Positions 42,130 to 55,430 of a stretch of DNA of 64,000 nucleotides are shown one piece after another. Made by a program: the position numbers and the translations under genes. The notes beneath the pieces are model-generated. The model was not told the origin of the DNA, did not search any database, and worked only from the letters and a program-made list of their open reading frames with translations. The stretch's first letter is position 1; each line of letters opens with the position of its first letter. This stretch comes from Callorhinchus milii (lineage: Eukaryota). Location of the stretch: positions 84,384,001 through 84,448,000 of the forward strand of contig NW_024704742.1 in assembly GCF_018977255.1 (NCBI RefSeq). The letters are read 5' to 3'.

Positions 42130-42846
42130 CTTCCAGACTACGGCATTACCTCACCCCTCACGCTGCTGAAACCCTGGTTCACCACTTTGTCACCTCAAGG
42201 CTGGACTATGGGAACTCTCTCCTCGCCGGCCTTCCCGCCACCTCCCTCCACAAGCTGCAGGTCATTCAGAACTCTGCAGCTCGTGTACTGTCCCGCACCA
42301 GGCTTCGGGACCACATCACTCCCACCCTCGCTCGCCTCCACTGGCTCCCATCCCCAGAGGATTGATTTCAAGATCCTCATCCTCACCTACAAGGCCATTC
42401 ACGGCCTCGCTCCCTCCTACCTCTCCAACCTACTATCCCCCTACCTACCTGCCCGTACCCTCCGTTCCTCTGGCTCCGGTCTGCTCCACGTCCCCCGCCC
42501 CAACCGCCCTACCATCGGTGGTCGGGCCTTCAGCCTCTCAGCCCCCAGGCTCTGGAACTCCATCCCCCAGTGCCTTCGCCGCCTCCTCCCTTTCCTCCTT
42601 CAAGGCCGGTCTCAAAACCTTTCTCTTTGACCGAGCCTTCAGCTCCCCTCTCGACTCTCTTCCCCCTCCTCGCTCCCTCCCTTCCCTCCCCTGACCATTT
42701 CCCCCCTCCTCGCTCCCTCCCTTCCGTCCCCTCACCCTGACCATTTCCCCCCTGCTCGGGTCATGACCCAACTGTGCAGCGCCTTGGGACGTCCTCCTGA
42801 CGTGAAAGGCGCTTTATAAATGGAATCTTGTTGTTGTTGTTGTTGT
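42130..42846 (+). mobile_element. Young L2 LINE 3' fragment nested in an older L2 3' end (~42050-42130 and ~42847-42976)
   Basis: Near-identical reverse complement of ~725-1485; long (TTG)n tail; a second L2 tail ends at ~42976. Confidence 0.9.
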
Positions 42847-43471
42847 TCCGCCCCTCTGTCCTCCACCCACTCCCACCCCGACCCCAGCTCGGGTCCGTAA
42901 CTCTGTCTGTCCAGCACCTTGGGACGTCCTCCCGACATGAAAGGCACTATACAAATGTAATTTTGTTGTTGTTGTTGGTACCATCTTGAGCCCTTTCCAT
43001 TCAGTACCAAGCTGAGTGCTATGTATTGGAAGCAACTGAGGCAAGATGTTTCTACCCCTCCCCCCAGACACTGCTATACACTTGCGCCCAGTATTTTTCT
43101 TTATCTTGCCTGAAGGCATTGAGTTGTGCTGGGACACAGTTTCGCTGTGTTAGCTGTTCTTTGCCACTTCCAAATTCTGGCTCATAAAAGGACAAGCCAT
43201 GGAGGGAGGGGAAGATTACTGGTATCCTTTTGTCAGACTGATTATATTTGCAGAGAGAGCTGCAGCATTCCGATTGGGATTGGTAGATTTGCCTTTTTTG
43301 TTCCCTCCCCTCCTCCCCCATAATGCCTGTCTTCAACAAGGAATTTATTGGCTTTGAAATCAATTTTAAATGATTTCAGCTAAAATATCTGCTAGGTTAG
43401 ACAGAGAGAAGTTAGCACTAGTCCATTTTAAATATAATTAAATAATATGGTGATATGATTTTATTTTTAAG

Positions 43472-43649
43472 GTGATGAATGCAGCATTGGTTCAGCTACT
43501 GATCTCACAGAAACCAGCTCTATGGTGGATGGTGACTGGATGATGGTAGATGAAAGTTTTTCAACACTCAGTCTAACACAGTCTGAACTAGAATATATAT
43601 CCATGGAACTGGCCAATAAGGGTCCTCACAAGTCGCAGGTTCAACTACA
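43472..43649 (+). CDS. RIC1: RIC1 coding exon (~24)
   Basis: tttaag|GT...CA|gtaagt; DECSIGSATDLTETSSMVDGDW...ELANKGPHKSQVQL. Confidence 0.95.
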
Positions 43650-44288
43650 GTAAGTGGGCTGCTATCCTTTTATTCATTTCTACAAGACCAACCCTTAGAC
43701 CACAACAGTATTTTCAAAACGGCAGTTAGGCAAAAATGGTAGGTTACACGTTTGGTTTTATAAGAATAGGTTACACACTGGTTTCATTGGTGTGAGAATT
43801 TTATCCCTTAATTCCCCACATGCCAAGTGATTTCTTTGAAGGTGCAGGTGGAACAATGATTAAGCAGCAGGGCATCTCTATCTTATCAGTGGCTAGAGAA
43901 AAATCATAGAGTTAGTGCTATAACCTTGATGCACCTAAAGTCTCCACGAATGGCTTGACAGGAGCCTAACAGTACCTAACTACTTGGATGCTGAAACATA
44001 TAGGGACCAAAAATACTTTTAAGTTATGAATAAAATTGGATTTAAAATATAGAGAAGTTGAAGAGAACAATTGCTATTTAGTGGGTATATTTTTTTAACT
44101 GGGATTATCTTAGTTTAAATTTGTGTGTAGAAAGATTTGCATATTTGATTTAATATGAATTTTGAAAAATAATTATAACCAGCTCACTTGAGTGAGGAAT
44201 CCAAAGGTTAATGTTTCTGCAGGTTCTTAAAATGCCAGTTTCCTGCAGTAGGTTTTCTAAACCTTCTGTAATACCTCTGTTTCTTCAG

Positions 44289-44477
44289 GTATCTGATGTA
44301 CGTTTTTATGGAGGCTGGGTGTTTGGAGTGGTGTATAATAACAGCACTAATTCTCAAAGATTCTGCTGTCATAAGTCGGATCATGAGTTCATTGCAGCAC
44401 TCTGAGATTCCCATGGAAGTATTGCAGGGCATTAAGGATGGGCTCCTAGCTGTCGATGGATGGGCTGCAACAGACTG
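44289..44477 (+). CDS. RIC1: RIC1 coding exon (~25)
   Basis: cttcag|G...TG|gtaagt; YLMYVFMEAGCLEWC...GLLAVDGWAATD. Confidence 0.95.
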
Positions 44478-46685
44478 GTAAGTGTTGCTCTGTAAAAGTT
44501 ACCAAATCCAATTTTGTACCTGCGTGTAGAGACAGAATCAATAGGGATGTTTAAACAAGAGATAGACAAAATAGAGGGGTTAAAGGGATAGTGAAAGGGT
44601 GAGCATCAGCATTAAGAGATCCTGCCGAGGTTCAAAAAGCTGGTGGATCAGAGTTGATGGGCTGAGTGGCCTCCTTTTGTTCCTGTTTTCCTGTGTTCTT
44701 ATACTTAACTGACTCAGGCTCCTCTCTTTACCTGGTAAACAATAGTACAAGGCGCTATATCAAATGCAAGGATTATTATTATTACATTGAGTCCCCTGTA
44801 CATACTAAATGCTATTAAAAGTGAATAACCAGTTTAAAATGTGCTGACTTATGTTCCTAGAATATAGAAATAAAATTTGCTGCAAGTACTGTTCAATGTC
44901 ACATGTCGAACCTGTGATTGTGTATACTGGTATTGGTTGTTAATATTAAAGGGGAATGTTTCACGATTAATGGAAGGAAAAGGAGAAAAATGCCACTAAT
45001 ATAGCTGCTGTGGGTGATGCATGCTCCAGAGTTCCATGAGAGACTAAAGCCAGGAAAGAAGGAAGCTATTTTGCACTCCCAGTGCCTGAGATTAAGATCC
45101 TTTTCCTGATTATTAATGCCTCCACAGTCACATCCCACCCTAACCATTGAATCCTCTCGCCCCTTACATCCTAGCCCTTTGCCATTCTATTTCTGGTTTA
45201 TTACTCACTTTTCTACTCACTAATGTCTCTGGCTTCTGGAATAGTATAAATCAATGTTTTTAATACAAGGAACTGGCTTGATTTTTTTCTTAAGTGGGTA
45301 AATGATTGATAATAATCCTTGCATTTGATATAACAACTTGTTACATCATCAAAACAAGTCTGAGCTCCCTGCAGGATCTTACCGTGTAGTGGCTGTTTGT
45401 AGACGAATGTGGCAGCCAATTTGCTCACAGCAATATCCCACAAACAGCCATAACCAATGTTATCTGAGGTATTGTTGGTGCTGGACACCAGGAGAATTCT
45501 GTGAATGATGCCCTGGTGGGATCTTTTAATATATGCCTGAACAGGGACATGAGACAGCACAACCGAAGAAAAATGCTTCTGACAGTGCAACACTCCTCCA
45601 GCACTTAACTGGAGGATCAGTCAGGTGATTAGCTTAAAGCCCTGACTTTTGGCTTGAACCCACTTCCTCAGATTCACAACAACAACAACAACACGATTCC
45701 ATTTATAAAGCGCCTTTCACGTCAGGAGGACGTCCCAAGGCGCTGCACAGTTGGGTCATGACCCGATTCAGGGGTGAGAGTGCTAACTGAGCATGTTAAT
45801 AATTCACTGATAATGAAGTTATCACAGAATTGTGATGATTTTTGGACCAGTTAAGAAACACTGCTCTAGAACTCTTGTAAAACTAAGATTGGAACTGTTG
45901 CCTTGCTACCTTGCCCTGCTTTCAATAATCCCCTAAAAGCTATCTCTTCAACTGTGCCTTTGGTCATAATCTTTCTTGTGGCCTGCTGTATCGTTCTACT
46001 GTACGTTCACATTTTCTTCCGTAACAATAAGCATTTTCTTGTAGACTATCTGTAGAAAATCGGATGGAAAATAAGCGGTAAACTCAACTTCCATTGAGAA
46101 TATATCAGTTGCGCCCCAGGGTAACTTAATGATGTAAATTTCCTCAACAGCCTTGGAGGTAAAAGTTACCAAAATCCAACTTGCTAAGTCACCCCCCCAC
46201 CCAATGATGGACCATAAAATACTGCAGGAGTTGAGCTGCAGATATCTGCCACAATGTTTCTGTGTTCAGTGAGCAGGATCAGGACAATAAAGGGAAATTG
46301 GTGGAAGGGGAGGAGATCTGTGTACTTTGATAAGGAAAAGCCAACCCACCAAGTAATGTTTCATTGGGCAAAGACAATTGAGTCTATCAACTGCTGGAGG
46401 CTTGCATTGAAAATGTATAGGTTTCAGTTCACAGGTAAAATTAGTATTGCATTATTCATATAATAATCCTTGCATTTGATATACTGCCTTATCATGACTT
46501 TGAGGTGTCTCAAGGCTGCTGCCAGTGCCCACCTCAGTCTGGGCATTGTAAAACAAAATTTGTGTATATCCTGAACAAGTATTTCATTGGGTCACTGCAC
46601 GTTATGCAATTATGAGATCATAACTACAGTTTATTTAATGCACAAACTTGTTGTTTTGTTCCCCTGTGCTGACTTGTATCACCAG

Positions 46686-46983
46686 CCCTGGATACAAGCC
46701 ATTTCTGAATCGCATCAAACCTCAGCTGCAGAAGTTGAACGAGGTCACAGAGGAGCTGATTGAGCCTGAAGCCTTTCAGCCTTCAGCACGCCTGAGCATA
46801 TCAAAAGCAGTGGAGCCACCGAGCCCTTGGGCAGAGGACAGAAATACTGTGAGCCACAACAACAGTAGCCAGAACGATGTTAGTGGGATCAGTAGTAGCA
46901 GCAGACAGGAAGAAGACAGCCAGGGAGAAGAAGAGGAGCAGCAGCAAGTAGAAGAAGGGAGCTATGAGTGCTCTCTATCATGA
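46686..46983 (+). CDS. RIC1: RIC1 last coding exon
   Basis: caccag|C; PGYKPFLNRIKPQLQKL...EEGSYECSLS*, TGA at 46981-46983. Confidence 0.95.
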
Positions 46984-49970
46984 ACACTCCTTCACAGAGT
47001 CTGAACTGAAAAGGGACATGAATCAACGGTGCCTTGTGTCAGTGTTGTGTATGTATCTTGCCATGCATCATGGGAGAATATTGGGCCGAGATATTGCCAT
47101 CACCACCACCAAATAAGAGTAACATTTCAGCCTTCACCTTTTTTACTTTGCAGGGGTGACATTTTAAACTATGAAGCAAGCAGTATTCTGAATATATGCA
47201 AGCTGACGGGAAACAAGACAATGTTTTAATCCAGGGATTTCCATGGTAGCAAGTATTTTTTTCTCAGCACCCTGATATACTGCAATGCGCAAATTGTAAT
47301 CCTTTCCTGTGTGGTAGTATGTCTTCAGAGTTAGCAGAGTCTGAAAACACATTGATTAAAGGCCCCGTATAGAAATAACTGGAAGAGTTTTCTGATGTTC
47401 GTGGCAGGTTCTTGTCCTCCATATTGTGAATGCCTTTGCACCACTTTAGAACCACTTGCATGACTCCTTGCACGCAGTCTTTGCTTGAGTGAGACCATCT
47501 CACAAAGGTGGCATTGATGCAAGATTAAATTCACCAAGTGCCATTGCAGTATTTGTGTAAATCAGCCCAGAGCAAGTTACTGCAGGAAGAAATCCAAATG
47601 AATAGTTCAGAGTGTACAGGCCATGCGAAGAATGTTGAAACTGAGAGAAGGGCTGCTCGTAATTGGTCAGCAACACTGGTAGTTGCACATGTTGATATAT
47701 AGTTAACACTTTTGTTTTTGTGGGTTTCTTTGTGCTGCATTTAACCTGACAACTCATGTGGATTTTGTGAGTCAAATATCATAACTAGTTGGTTACACTT
47801 TATCTGCTGTGATTCACCTATGTTTGTGGTGACAGCTTAAAAATCCCTCTCTGAGGTTGGGATATGATGCAGTGGTCCTAAACAAAATTTCTTACCAGAG
47901 AGCCTCTTTGCTTGAAATGAAATGAGATTTGATGAAGTTCGACACTATTTATTGCAAGTATAATCCCACTCCCACAGACTATTGTACAAGATGTGCACAG
48001 CATATGCACACGGCTCTGTTGTGTCCAGAGTTTTAATTTCTTAAACCTGCTATGTTGGTGCTTTTCAAAGTGATCTTCTGTTCTAAGTATTTTGTACAGA
48101 CTTTTTTTGAATCACTAACCTACCTGCTATTGCAGCAGCTGTTTATATTGTACAGGACCTGGTGCAGTTATTTGTTAATGCAGGCATGTTGCATGTGCCC
48201 AAAATAGCTGTGAAATGTTAGGAAACTGTGATGCTGTTTGAATCTGGATTTGGTACTGTACCCTGTTATAAGATCCTTGTGTGATTTTCATTGTAAAATA
48301 AATACCATTGCTTTGTAGAGGGAGGGGACCATAATACGACCCTTTTTAATGAAACTTATACATAATCAGGAAGACTATTTTAAACAGGTTTTGAGTTTAG
48401 AGATGCCGTTATTTATTGCTTTCCCCAAATGTCGAGTTTTTTGTTCCCAGATGAAAAAAATATTTTAATGTAAATATAATAGTTATGTAATCATGTGTTT
48501 ATACTTGCTAATTAGGTTTTGGCAAGATGTACAATAAATATCTGAACAATAACAAGTGACATGCTTTTCAATAGCTTTCACTAAAAGCAGTCCTAACTCG
48601 AGTGTGATTAAGTATTCAGCTGTTTCAAGGGAACAAACCCAGACACTTGATTTCCTCCGACCCCTTCTCCTCGCCTCACTCAGTGCTATCAGACACTAAC
48701 CTATTGGAGCTAACGTGCTGCAGGTTTTACATGGTACCACCTACTTAGCTGTTTCCCCTACATCCCAGTATAAATAAAATAAAGTACCCAAAGCAGTATT
48801 AAAGACTTAAGATGATAGGGTATATTTGTTACAGTGCAATTTGAACAAACAGAATGCAAAATGTTGCTTATTTTATACAACAAATTGTAGTCTATTTTTA
48901 TAGTTCAATGGAATATAAGTAAATTTTGACTTGGACCAAATTAGTGATTAAGCTGGAATGGTAACTGATATACTAACTGAACTGTGTTAAACAAATACTT
49001 GCTTCTGAAGCTGCTTCATTTGTAGAATAGGTTTGAAATGGCATTATTTTAAAAAGGTTTAATTTCAAAGGGATTCTCTTTACAACACTTTATTTTGTTT
49101 GATCAGATCCCAATATGAGGAAAGTTAAAAATCCAGTAGCCCAGCCAGGCTTCATGCTGTAAGTGTATTATCTAATGAGAGATGTACCTCCTAGAGAATA
49201 CATAATAAATGACATAATACAATTAGTGATGTGTTCAAACTAAAGTAAAGTCAGATTCTTCTCATTTTTAAAATTGTGAATATCAATAATGAATACTATA
49301 GGGTTAAATTATTATATTGGATTATCATCAATTTGAGTTATTTTCTGATCAGTTATTTTACATACATTTGCATCTATTCAGTTATTTCTAGCACTATATT
49401 TATAATTGCTTACATTAGAAAGCACCTGACTGATGTAATGCAACATCGGTGTATTCAGTATTCAGAACAATATATTTACAACCTTTGCTAACCTATTATC
49501 TGATATATTAACGTGTTAAACACTGCAATCCTAATTGGAAACAACCCATAATAGCTTGAAATTAGAAGATGGATCCAGATTTGTTGAGCATTTTTCTTTT
49601 ACTCCCAACTTTCTAAAGCGTGATCTAGTTTTTGGTTTATCAATGAAGCAAAGCTATTTTTTTAAATGAGCACCATTCTTGCTGTACCATATTTAGAACA
49701 ATTTAATATACAGATCAGATGGTTTAAAAAGAAACAGCAGTCTGCCAATTTAACATGTTCTGTGACTGACAGAACTTCATTGGCAACTTTGCAAGGTGGG
49801 CATAAATTAGGGTTGTTTCTCCAAGAATCATTGGAAAAACATTTTGCGGTGCACAATGCTATTTTGTGGTAGTCCTTGTCTGTATTCCTATCAGAAATCA
49901 TCAGCTATCTATTTTGTTTTCTGTTACATGTACAGATTTACAGCAATAAAGTAAAAACATTTTGACTGAC
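46984..49970 (+). other. RIC1: Probable RIC1 3' UTR with candidate poly(A) signals AATAAA at 48297, 48533, ~48773 and 49945
   Basis: AT-rich, no recognisable repeats; the 48533 and 49945 hexamers have an upstream TGTA. The true end cannot be determined from sequence. Confidence 0.55.
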
Positions 49971-51247
49971 AAACTGTTCTGGTTTCCATGCTGTTCTTAA
50001 AGTGTAATTTGTATTACCTATGGGTTGACTCCTCAAATTATATATGTGGATGGAATTAAATATTTGCCGTAAAAGATGATATATTGGGGAAAATTTATTT
50101 TGGGTTATGATAACATTCTATCAAATTTGACAACAGTCCCTGCAATTCTTTTTTACTCTTAACAGAAAATTCAGGATTGACTCTTTCCAGCTGTGAACCA
50201 TGAGAGTAGTATAATTCAATGGGAATATTTGTTCTGATCAATGGGAATACACTGGGACGCTACACTCGTTCTCACTCACTCTGACTGCTGAGATTCTCTT
50301 GCTTCATCACTTTCAGGCTCTATTACTCCAATGTGCCACTCACTGCCCAATCGGCAGACTTCCCAGAACTCTGCAGCCCATGTATGTCTTCTGCAGCATT
50401 AGGTTCCATGAGTCTATCACCACCTCAAACATACAGCAACAGGAGGGGTGTAAGGTGGCAAATCTGATGCCCTTCAAAAAAAAATCTAGAAGATTAGAGG
50501 AACATCATCTTGCTCTATTTGTTGGAAAACTACTGGAGTCTGACAACTGGAAAGAAATGATTAAACACTTGGAAAATTATGAGTTATCGAGGCCACTAAT
50601 TTTGCACCTATAGAACCTTATAGAATGCAGTGGTTTATATAAGTTTTCAAAAAAGCATTTGAAAATTATGATATAAACCAATATCTTTTAACTATTGACT
50701 GGTTTGGAATTAAACACCCCTTTTCCATCCCGTTGCACCGACTTTGGGCAGTGGTTTAGCTCAAAGCATCTTTTCAAATTGCTCTGCATATTTTGTGGGT
50801 GAAATGCGAGAGCAGCGTCCCACAAACAGTCGAGGATTGAATGGCCAAATTATTTTTTTGAGAGATTATTACCTCCAGAAAGCAATCCGCCAATCGACTA
50901 ACAACTAGGTAAACAGGTGTGTGGAGTAAGGAAACTTGCCTCAGGCTTCATCACGCCCCAGAATCAACTTGGGTCCTATCACTTACGAGGTGAGTATGAT
51001 AACCACTACACTAATGGATCCAAACATTGTGCTAAAGTCAGGGAATATTCAGACAGTTGATAGTAGATTACTGTTAACTAAGGAATAGGAATTCTTCCTG
51101 AGTGGTATAAATGTGTATATCATTTTCATTGTGTCTTAGTTTTGTACGATTAGCAAAAAATATTGAAGATTAGGCAAGAAGCCCTTTAGTCCAACACGTC
51201 TGCCACTTTTTGGTGGATCTCGACACCATCTGTACTTCTAGCCACTG

Positions 51248-51525
51248 TTTATTTAGTATTACCTCCAGTTGTCTCTCGTGACCATATATACTGTTTACTT
51301 CAGCAACAATTGCTCAGCTCTCCAAGCCAAATCTCTGCTGAGCCTGTTTCCATCCTCCTGGTGTCCCTCAGTCTGGCAGATGTACTCGCTGTAATCATTC
51401 AGAATTAGCTGCCGCACTCCCATCACCTGCTATACTGAGAGCAGCTCATGTTTCTGGGTCCTGTAGTTCTTGAGCATCTCCCCAAACTCCTTTGTGTTCT
51501 TTGTCAGCTGAGGTCTAGGAGAGAT
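51248..51525 (-). pseudogene. Disabled terminal exon of an insulin/relaxin-like paralog (copy C)
   Basis: Acceptor tttgttccag|AT and start DLS*TSADKEH are homologous to copy B (DHSQTLADKDH) and copy A (DPFLPSADKEY). Contains stops and frameshifts; shifted frames give RLSR-DL and LSNCC*SKQ. The adjacent intron matches copy A's intron. Confidence 0.8.
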
Positions 51526-51716
51526 CTGGAACAAAATTAGCATTCCGTCAAAACTAATCAGTTAAACACCAGTATTATCAGTATTATTGTGAGTTGTGCC
51601 TTGAGCCCCAACAGCTTGCTTCTGATTATTCAGTGTGATACTGCAGGGCTGAACCCTCTCAAACATCATGCTTACTGTGCTCCCCATCTCTTCAGATATC
51701 ATACACAGAGGGCAGA

Positions 51717-52113
51717 ATCCTAACAGTTCAAAATTACAGCAATTGGCCAGAGTCGGGTTAAAGATACAACACTCAACTGGTAAGAAGACCAGGGGAAGCC
51801 TGGCTGAAGGAATGGAGACGGAAACTGCTTAAAGCACCAGGCACTGGATCAGCCCTTTAATTCTGTCCTTATTTTAAAGTGGAGACAGTATAGTAAATGG
51901 GAACCAGTTTATCTACTCTTACACCTGGCTCAGGGAACAACCTTTATTCACTGGTTGTCTACTTCTGTTATGATTTTATTCCTGGATTTTTCCATTGTGT
52001 GTTACGAACTTCACAGTTTGAATATATACTATCTGGTCTGAAGCTATAAACACTGCTCTGTTATCTGTTTGGCATTGTTTGGAATCTATCATTACATCTC
52101 ACCTGACACACCT
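51717..52113 (+). repeat. Local duplicate of 63386-63770 (intron sequence of relaxin-like copies C and A)
   Basis: Long identical runs, e.g. 'agatacaacactcaactggtaagaagaccaggggaagcctggctgaaggaatggagac'. Confidence 0.95.
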
Positions 52114-53546
52114 GACTGAATTGTTACACAACCACAGTTGTCCACCAGCGCTGGACTGTCCAGATCTGTTACTTTAATCTTAGCTGTCAAGCCACAGCAG
52201 CAAAGCCTGTTCCCAGCCTTGTTCAGTTATTTCCTACAGCTTTATTTTCTTCATTTTAAGATTTGGAGTACGGATTTGAATCAGATGTTATTCTAATCGA
52301 TCAAATTTTGGATACATTGGTTCGTTTATCCAAAAATGTTGCAAACATTGTGATTCAGTCTTTCAGTTCTTCTGTATTAACTTGCCTCCGACTGACTGGG
52401 TCCTGAGAGTGATTTTATAAAATTAACATGACGCAGTGCCAGTGGATCTGTCCCTTGGTAAAAGAGAACGGGAGTCATAAACACCATTCAATAACCAGTT
52501 TGGTACTGTACTGGCCTGACAATCAGCTTTGAGTTTGTGGGTCATTTTCTGAAAATGGCAAAACACCACCAAGCAGGCTCTGAAGATGCATTGGCCTCAA
52601 TACTTTCCATTTCTCTTCCACTGAGCAAATGCAGCAGCTTTGTCCATTCACCATCTCTGGGTACTGTTCTCTGTGTAAATTGGTAAAGTGTCTGTTTGGC
52701 CCTCTGGAACAACAACAAAAAAAATTACATTTGTATAGCGTCTTTTACGTCAGGAGGACGTCTCAAGGCGCTGGACAGACAGAGTTACAGACCCAAGCTG
52801 GGGGTCAGGGTGGAATTGGATTTGCTCAGTCCCTCACCTCATTTAAGGTCTGTATCTTGGTCATCTTTCTCCTTCCTGCCCTCTTTGGCTTCCAACTCCC
52901 CCCCACCCCACACCCACCCACCCAAGCTGAGGTGCCTAGGCAGCGGTATTTCGTATTGAGATGTCCTCCTGACATAAAAGCCGCTGTATAAATGTAAATT
53001 GTATTGTATTTGGACCAGAAATCTTCAAGTGTTAAGTTCAATCCTTGGCCTGTGTTGATTTAGCTCATTTCTGCCACGGCAGCAACTGTGGTGCTGCAAA
53101 TGTAATCAGCGGCCCTGGTTTAGGGAGACCTTGTTGTACAGAGACATCTGTTGGAAGGTAATAGTTGTGTGGATGAGGTGAGGATCAGGCTCAGCTGTGA
53201 TACTCATCACTGTCAAAGAGCTGCCAACACTCAGCTGTCAAGGCTTGCATGAGGTACAGAGAGCATCTGGTGCCTGTTGATCTGTCCCTGAGTAAAAGAA
53301 AAAAGCAGTCAAAACATGTTTCAATAATCAGCTTGATAATGTACTGCAAGGACAGCAGGAAGGGTATTCTGGAAAACTGAGATCATATAGGCCAAAAGGT
53401 CTTCATCTGTATATCTCATGATCTTTAGGGAAGGTGGGCGAAAAAATTGACAGAAAAAAACAAAACTTTGCCCTTCAGATAGTAAGTTGTGAGGCTGTGC
53501 TGGAGGTGAACACATTACTGAGGCATCTGCTTTGACCTGGTATTTG

Positions 53547-53560
53547 GTGCCACCTGCTGG
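53547..53560 (-). promoter_or_regulatory. Candidate CTCF site
   Basis: Minus strand CCAGCAGGTGGCAC matches the consensus CCASYAGRKGGCRS at every position. Confidence 0.5.
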
Positions 53561-53614
53561 TGGATCAGAAACCACCTATTGGGGATATCCAGCAACCACC
53601 AATGTAGATCTACA

Positions 53615-54200
53615 ATCATATCTGACCACTGTATATCTGTAGTGATAACTGACCCACTGTATATCTGTAGTGATAACTGACCCACTGTATATCTGTAGTG
53701 ATAACTGACCCAGTCTATATCTGTAGTGGTATCTGACCCACTGAATATCTATAGTGGTATCTGACCCACTGTATAATTGAGGTGACATCTGACCACTGTA
53801 TATTATAATAATCCTTGCATCTGATATAGCGCCTTATTACATCGTTGAGACAGAATATATTGTAAAGTGGATTGATTGTGTATTCTGTGGGCGAAACACG
53901 GCAGCCGATTTAGCACAGCGGTGTCTCAAACACAGTCGTGGATTGAGTGAGCAATTTTTTATGAGGAATTATTACCCCCAGAAAACGATTTGCCAATCCC
54001 AATCAACTAACAAGCTGGTTCCTATTTACTGCTGGGAAAACAGAGGTGTATTGCAGTGATATCTGACCACTGTATATCCTCAGTGATATCTGGTCCAGAT
54101 TAAGTGTAGTGACGTCATGCAGCTGTTTATCCAGTGATATCAGACTGCTTTAGAAGTGTAATGATATCAAATACTGTCTAACCACAGTGATATCAAACAT
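53615..54200 (+). repeat. 28-bp minisatellite (CTGACCCACTGTATATCTGTAGTGATAA)n interrupted by a SINE (~53805-54050, -)
   Basis: About 6-7 clear units at 53615-53803; degenerate units resume after the SINE. Confidence 0.85.
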
Positions 54201-55106
54201 ATGCCCTTTTTTATCAATAAGTGCCTGTCTGAAATTATTGTATTGTTCGCATTTGCCCTTGCACCCTCTCAAACAGCTTATCTCCCCTTTATTACATGAC
54301 CAATTGCCAAATGAGAATGATACGTGGCATTCAGCATTTCCTCTCGCTATATCGTGAAGTTGAACCTACCTTTATGGTCACATTGCCAATGAACACATGG
54401 TAGAAGGCAGACAACTTATAACCATCAGCAGTGTTTCCATTGCACATTTAAACAGCACACAGCCATACATGGCGTGAACACATTGTCCTCTCACCTTGGG
54501 CACCTGCTGGCATCACACAGAGTCCAAACCGATGGAGTGAAAAATCTCTCTACTCATTGTACTTGTCACTGTGATCGCGCTTTCGGTCATATTTCTCTTC
54601 TACACCTCCTTCGGCTCCCTCCCAATGATTGCTAAGTGCTTTGGGATACGTGTAAATTTGTATTACTGTATAATTGTAAAGTAAGAGTCTTACATTGATA
54701 CTTCTATGCAGCTTCTCACCAGTCATTGTCGCACATTTGGTCCCAATTTACAATGCCTCAGTGACTTGTTGAATCAGTTCTGATATTGGGTACAGGAGAC
54801 TATCATTACTGATTGAAAACATTATCATATTCCTCGTCCCATGTCCCATTCACATTGCAAGTTATATGTACTCGCTTGTGATTGGCACTGTGACATTTTG
54901 GCTATACTGTGTGTTGTCTATCCCAGGACTTCAGAAATGCCAACTAGCTTTAATTAAAGTACATCATGTAATTTTGAATTAGAACATCATGCTTGGTTTA
55001 AGGTTTGTTTAGACAAAAAGACTTCATTTAATGATTTGAATTTTTATTAAATCTTTTATTGCAGTACAGCCTTTCAATCAAGTTCAAGTTCAAATTAACT
55101 ATATCT

Positions 55107-55430
55107 TTAATAATAATAATAATAATCCTTGCATTTGATACAGCGCTTTTCACGTCGGGAGGATGTCCCAAAGCGCTTCACAGAACACACTGTAAAGTGA
55201 ATTGACTGTATATTTGTGGGCGAACGCGGTAGCCAATTGCGCACAGCAATGTCCCACAAACAGTCATAGATTGAAAATGACCAATTTATTATTGTTTTTG
55301 GTTTTGGAGGGATTATTATTCGGTGTGTGGAGTAAGGAAACTTGCCCAAGGTTTCGCCCTCTGCCTGGAATTGAACTCAGGTCTCTCACTTGCAAAGCGA
55401 GTGCTCTAACCACTGAGCTACAGGACTCCA
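55107..55430 (-). mobile_element. tRNA-derived SINE, near full length
   Basis: Reverse complement of the family head and (ATT)n tail. Confidence 0.88.

Noticed and set aside
53321..53575. 84-aa minus-strand ORF as an ERMP1 last exon or another gene
   Set aside because: No recognisable similarity to the ERMP1 C-terminus or any family I know.
52120..55100. Exon 1 (B-chain) for pseudo-copy C
   Set aside because: No convincing signal peptide plus CG-x10-C followed by a donor; a candidate near 54690-54750 is too weak.
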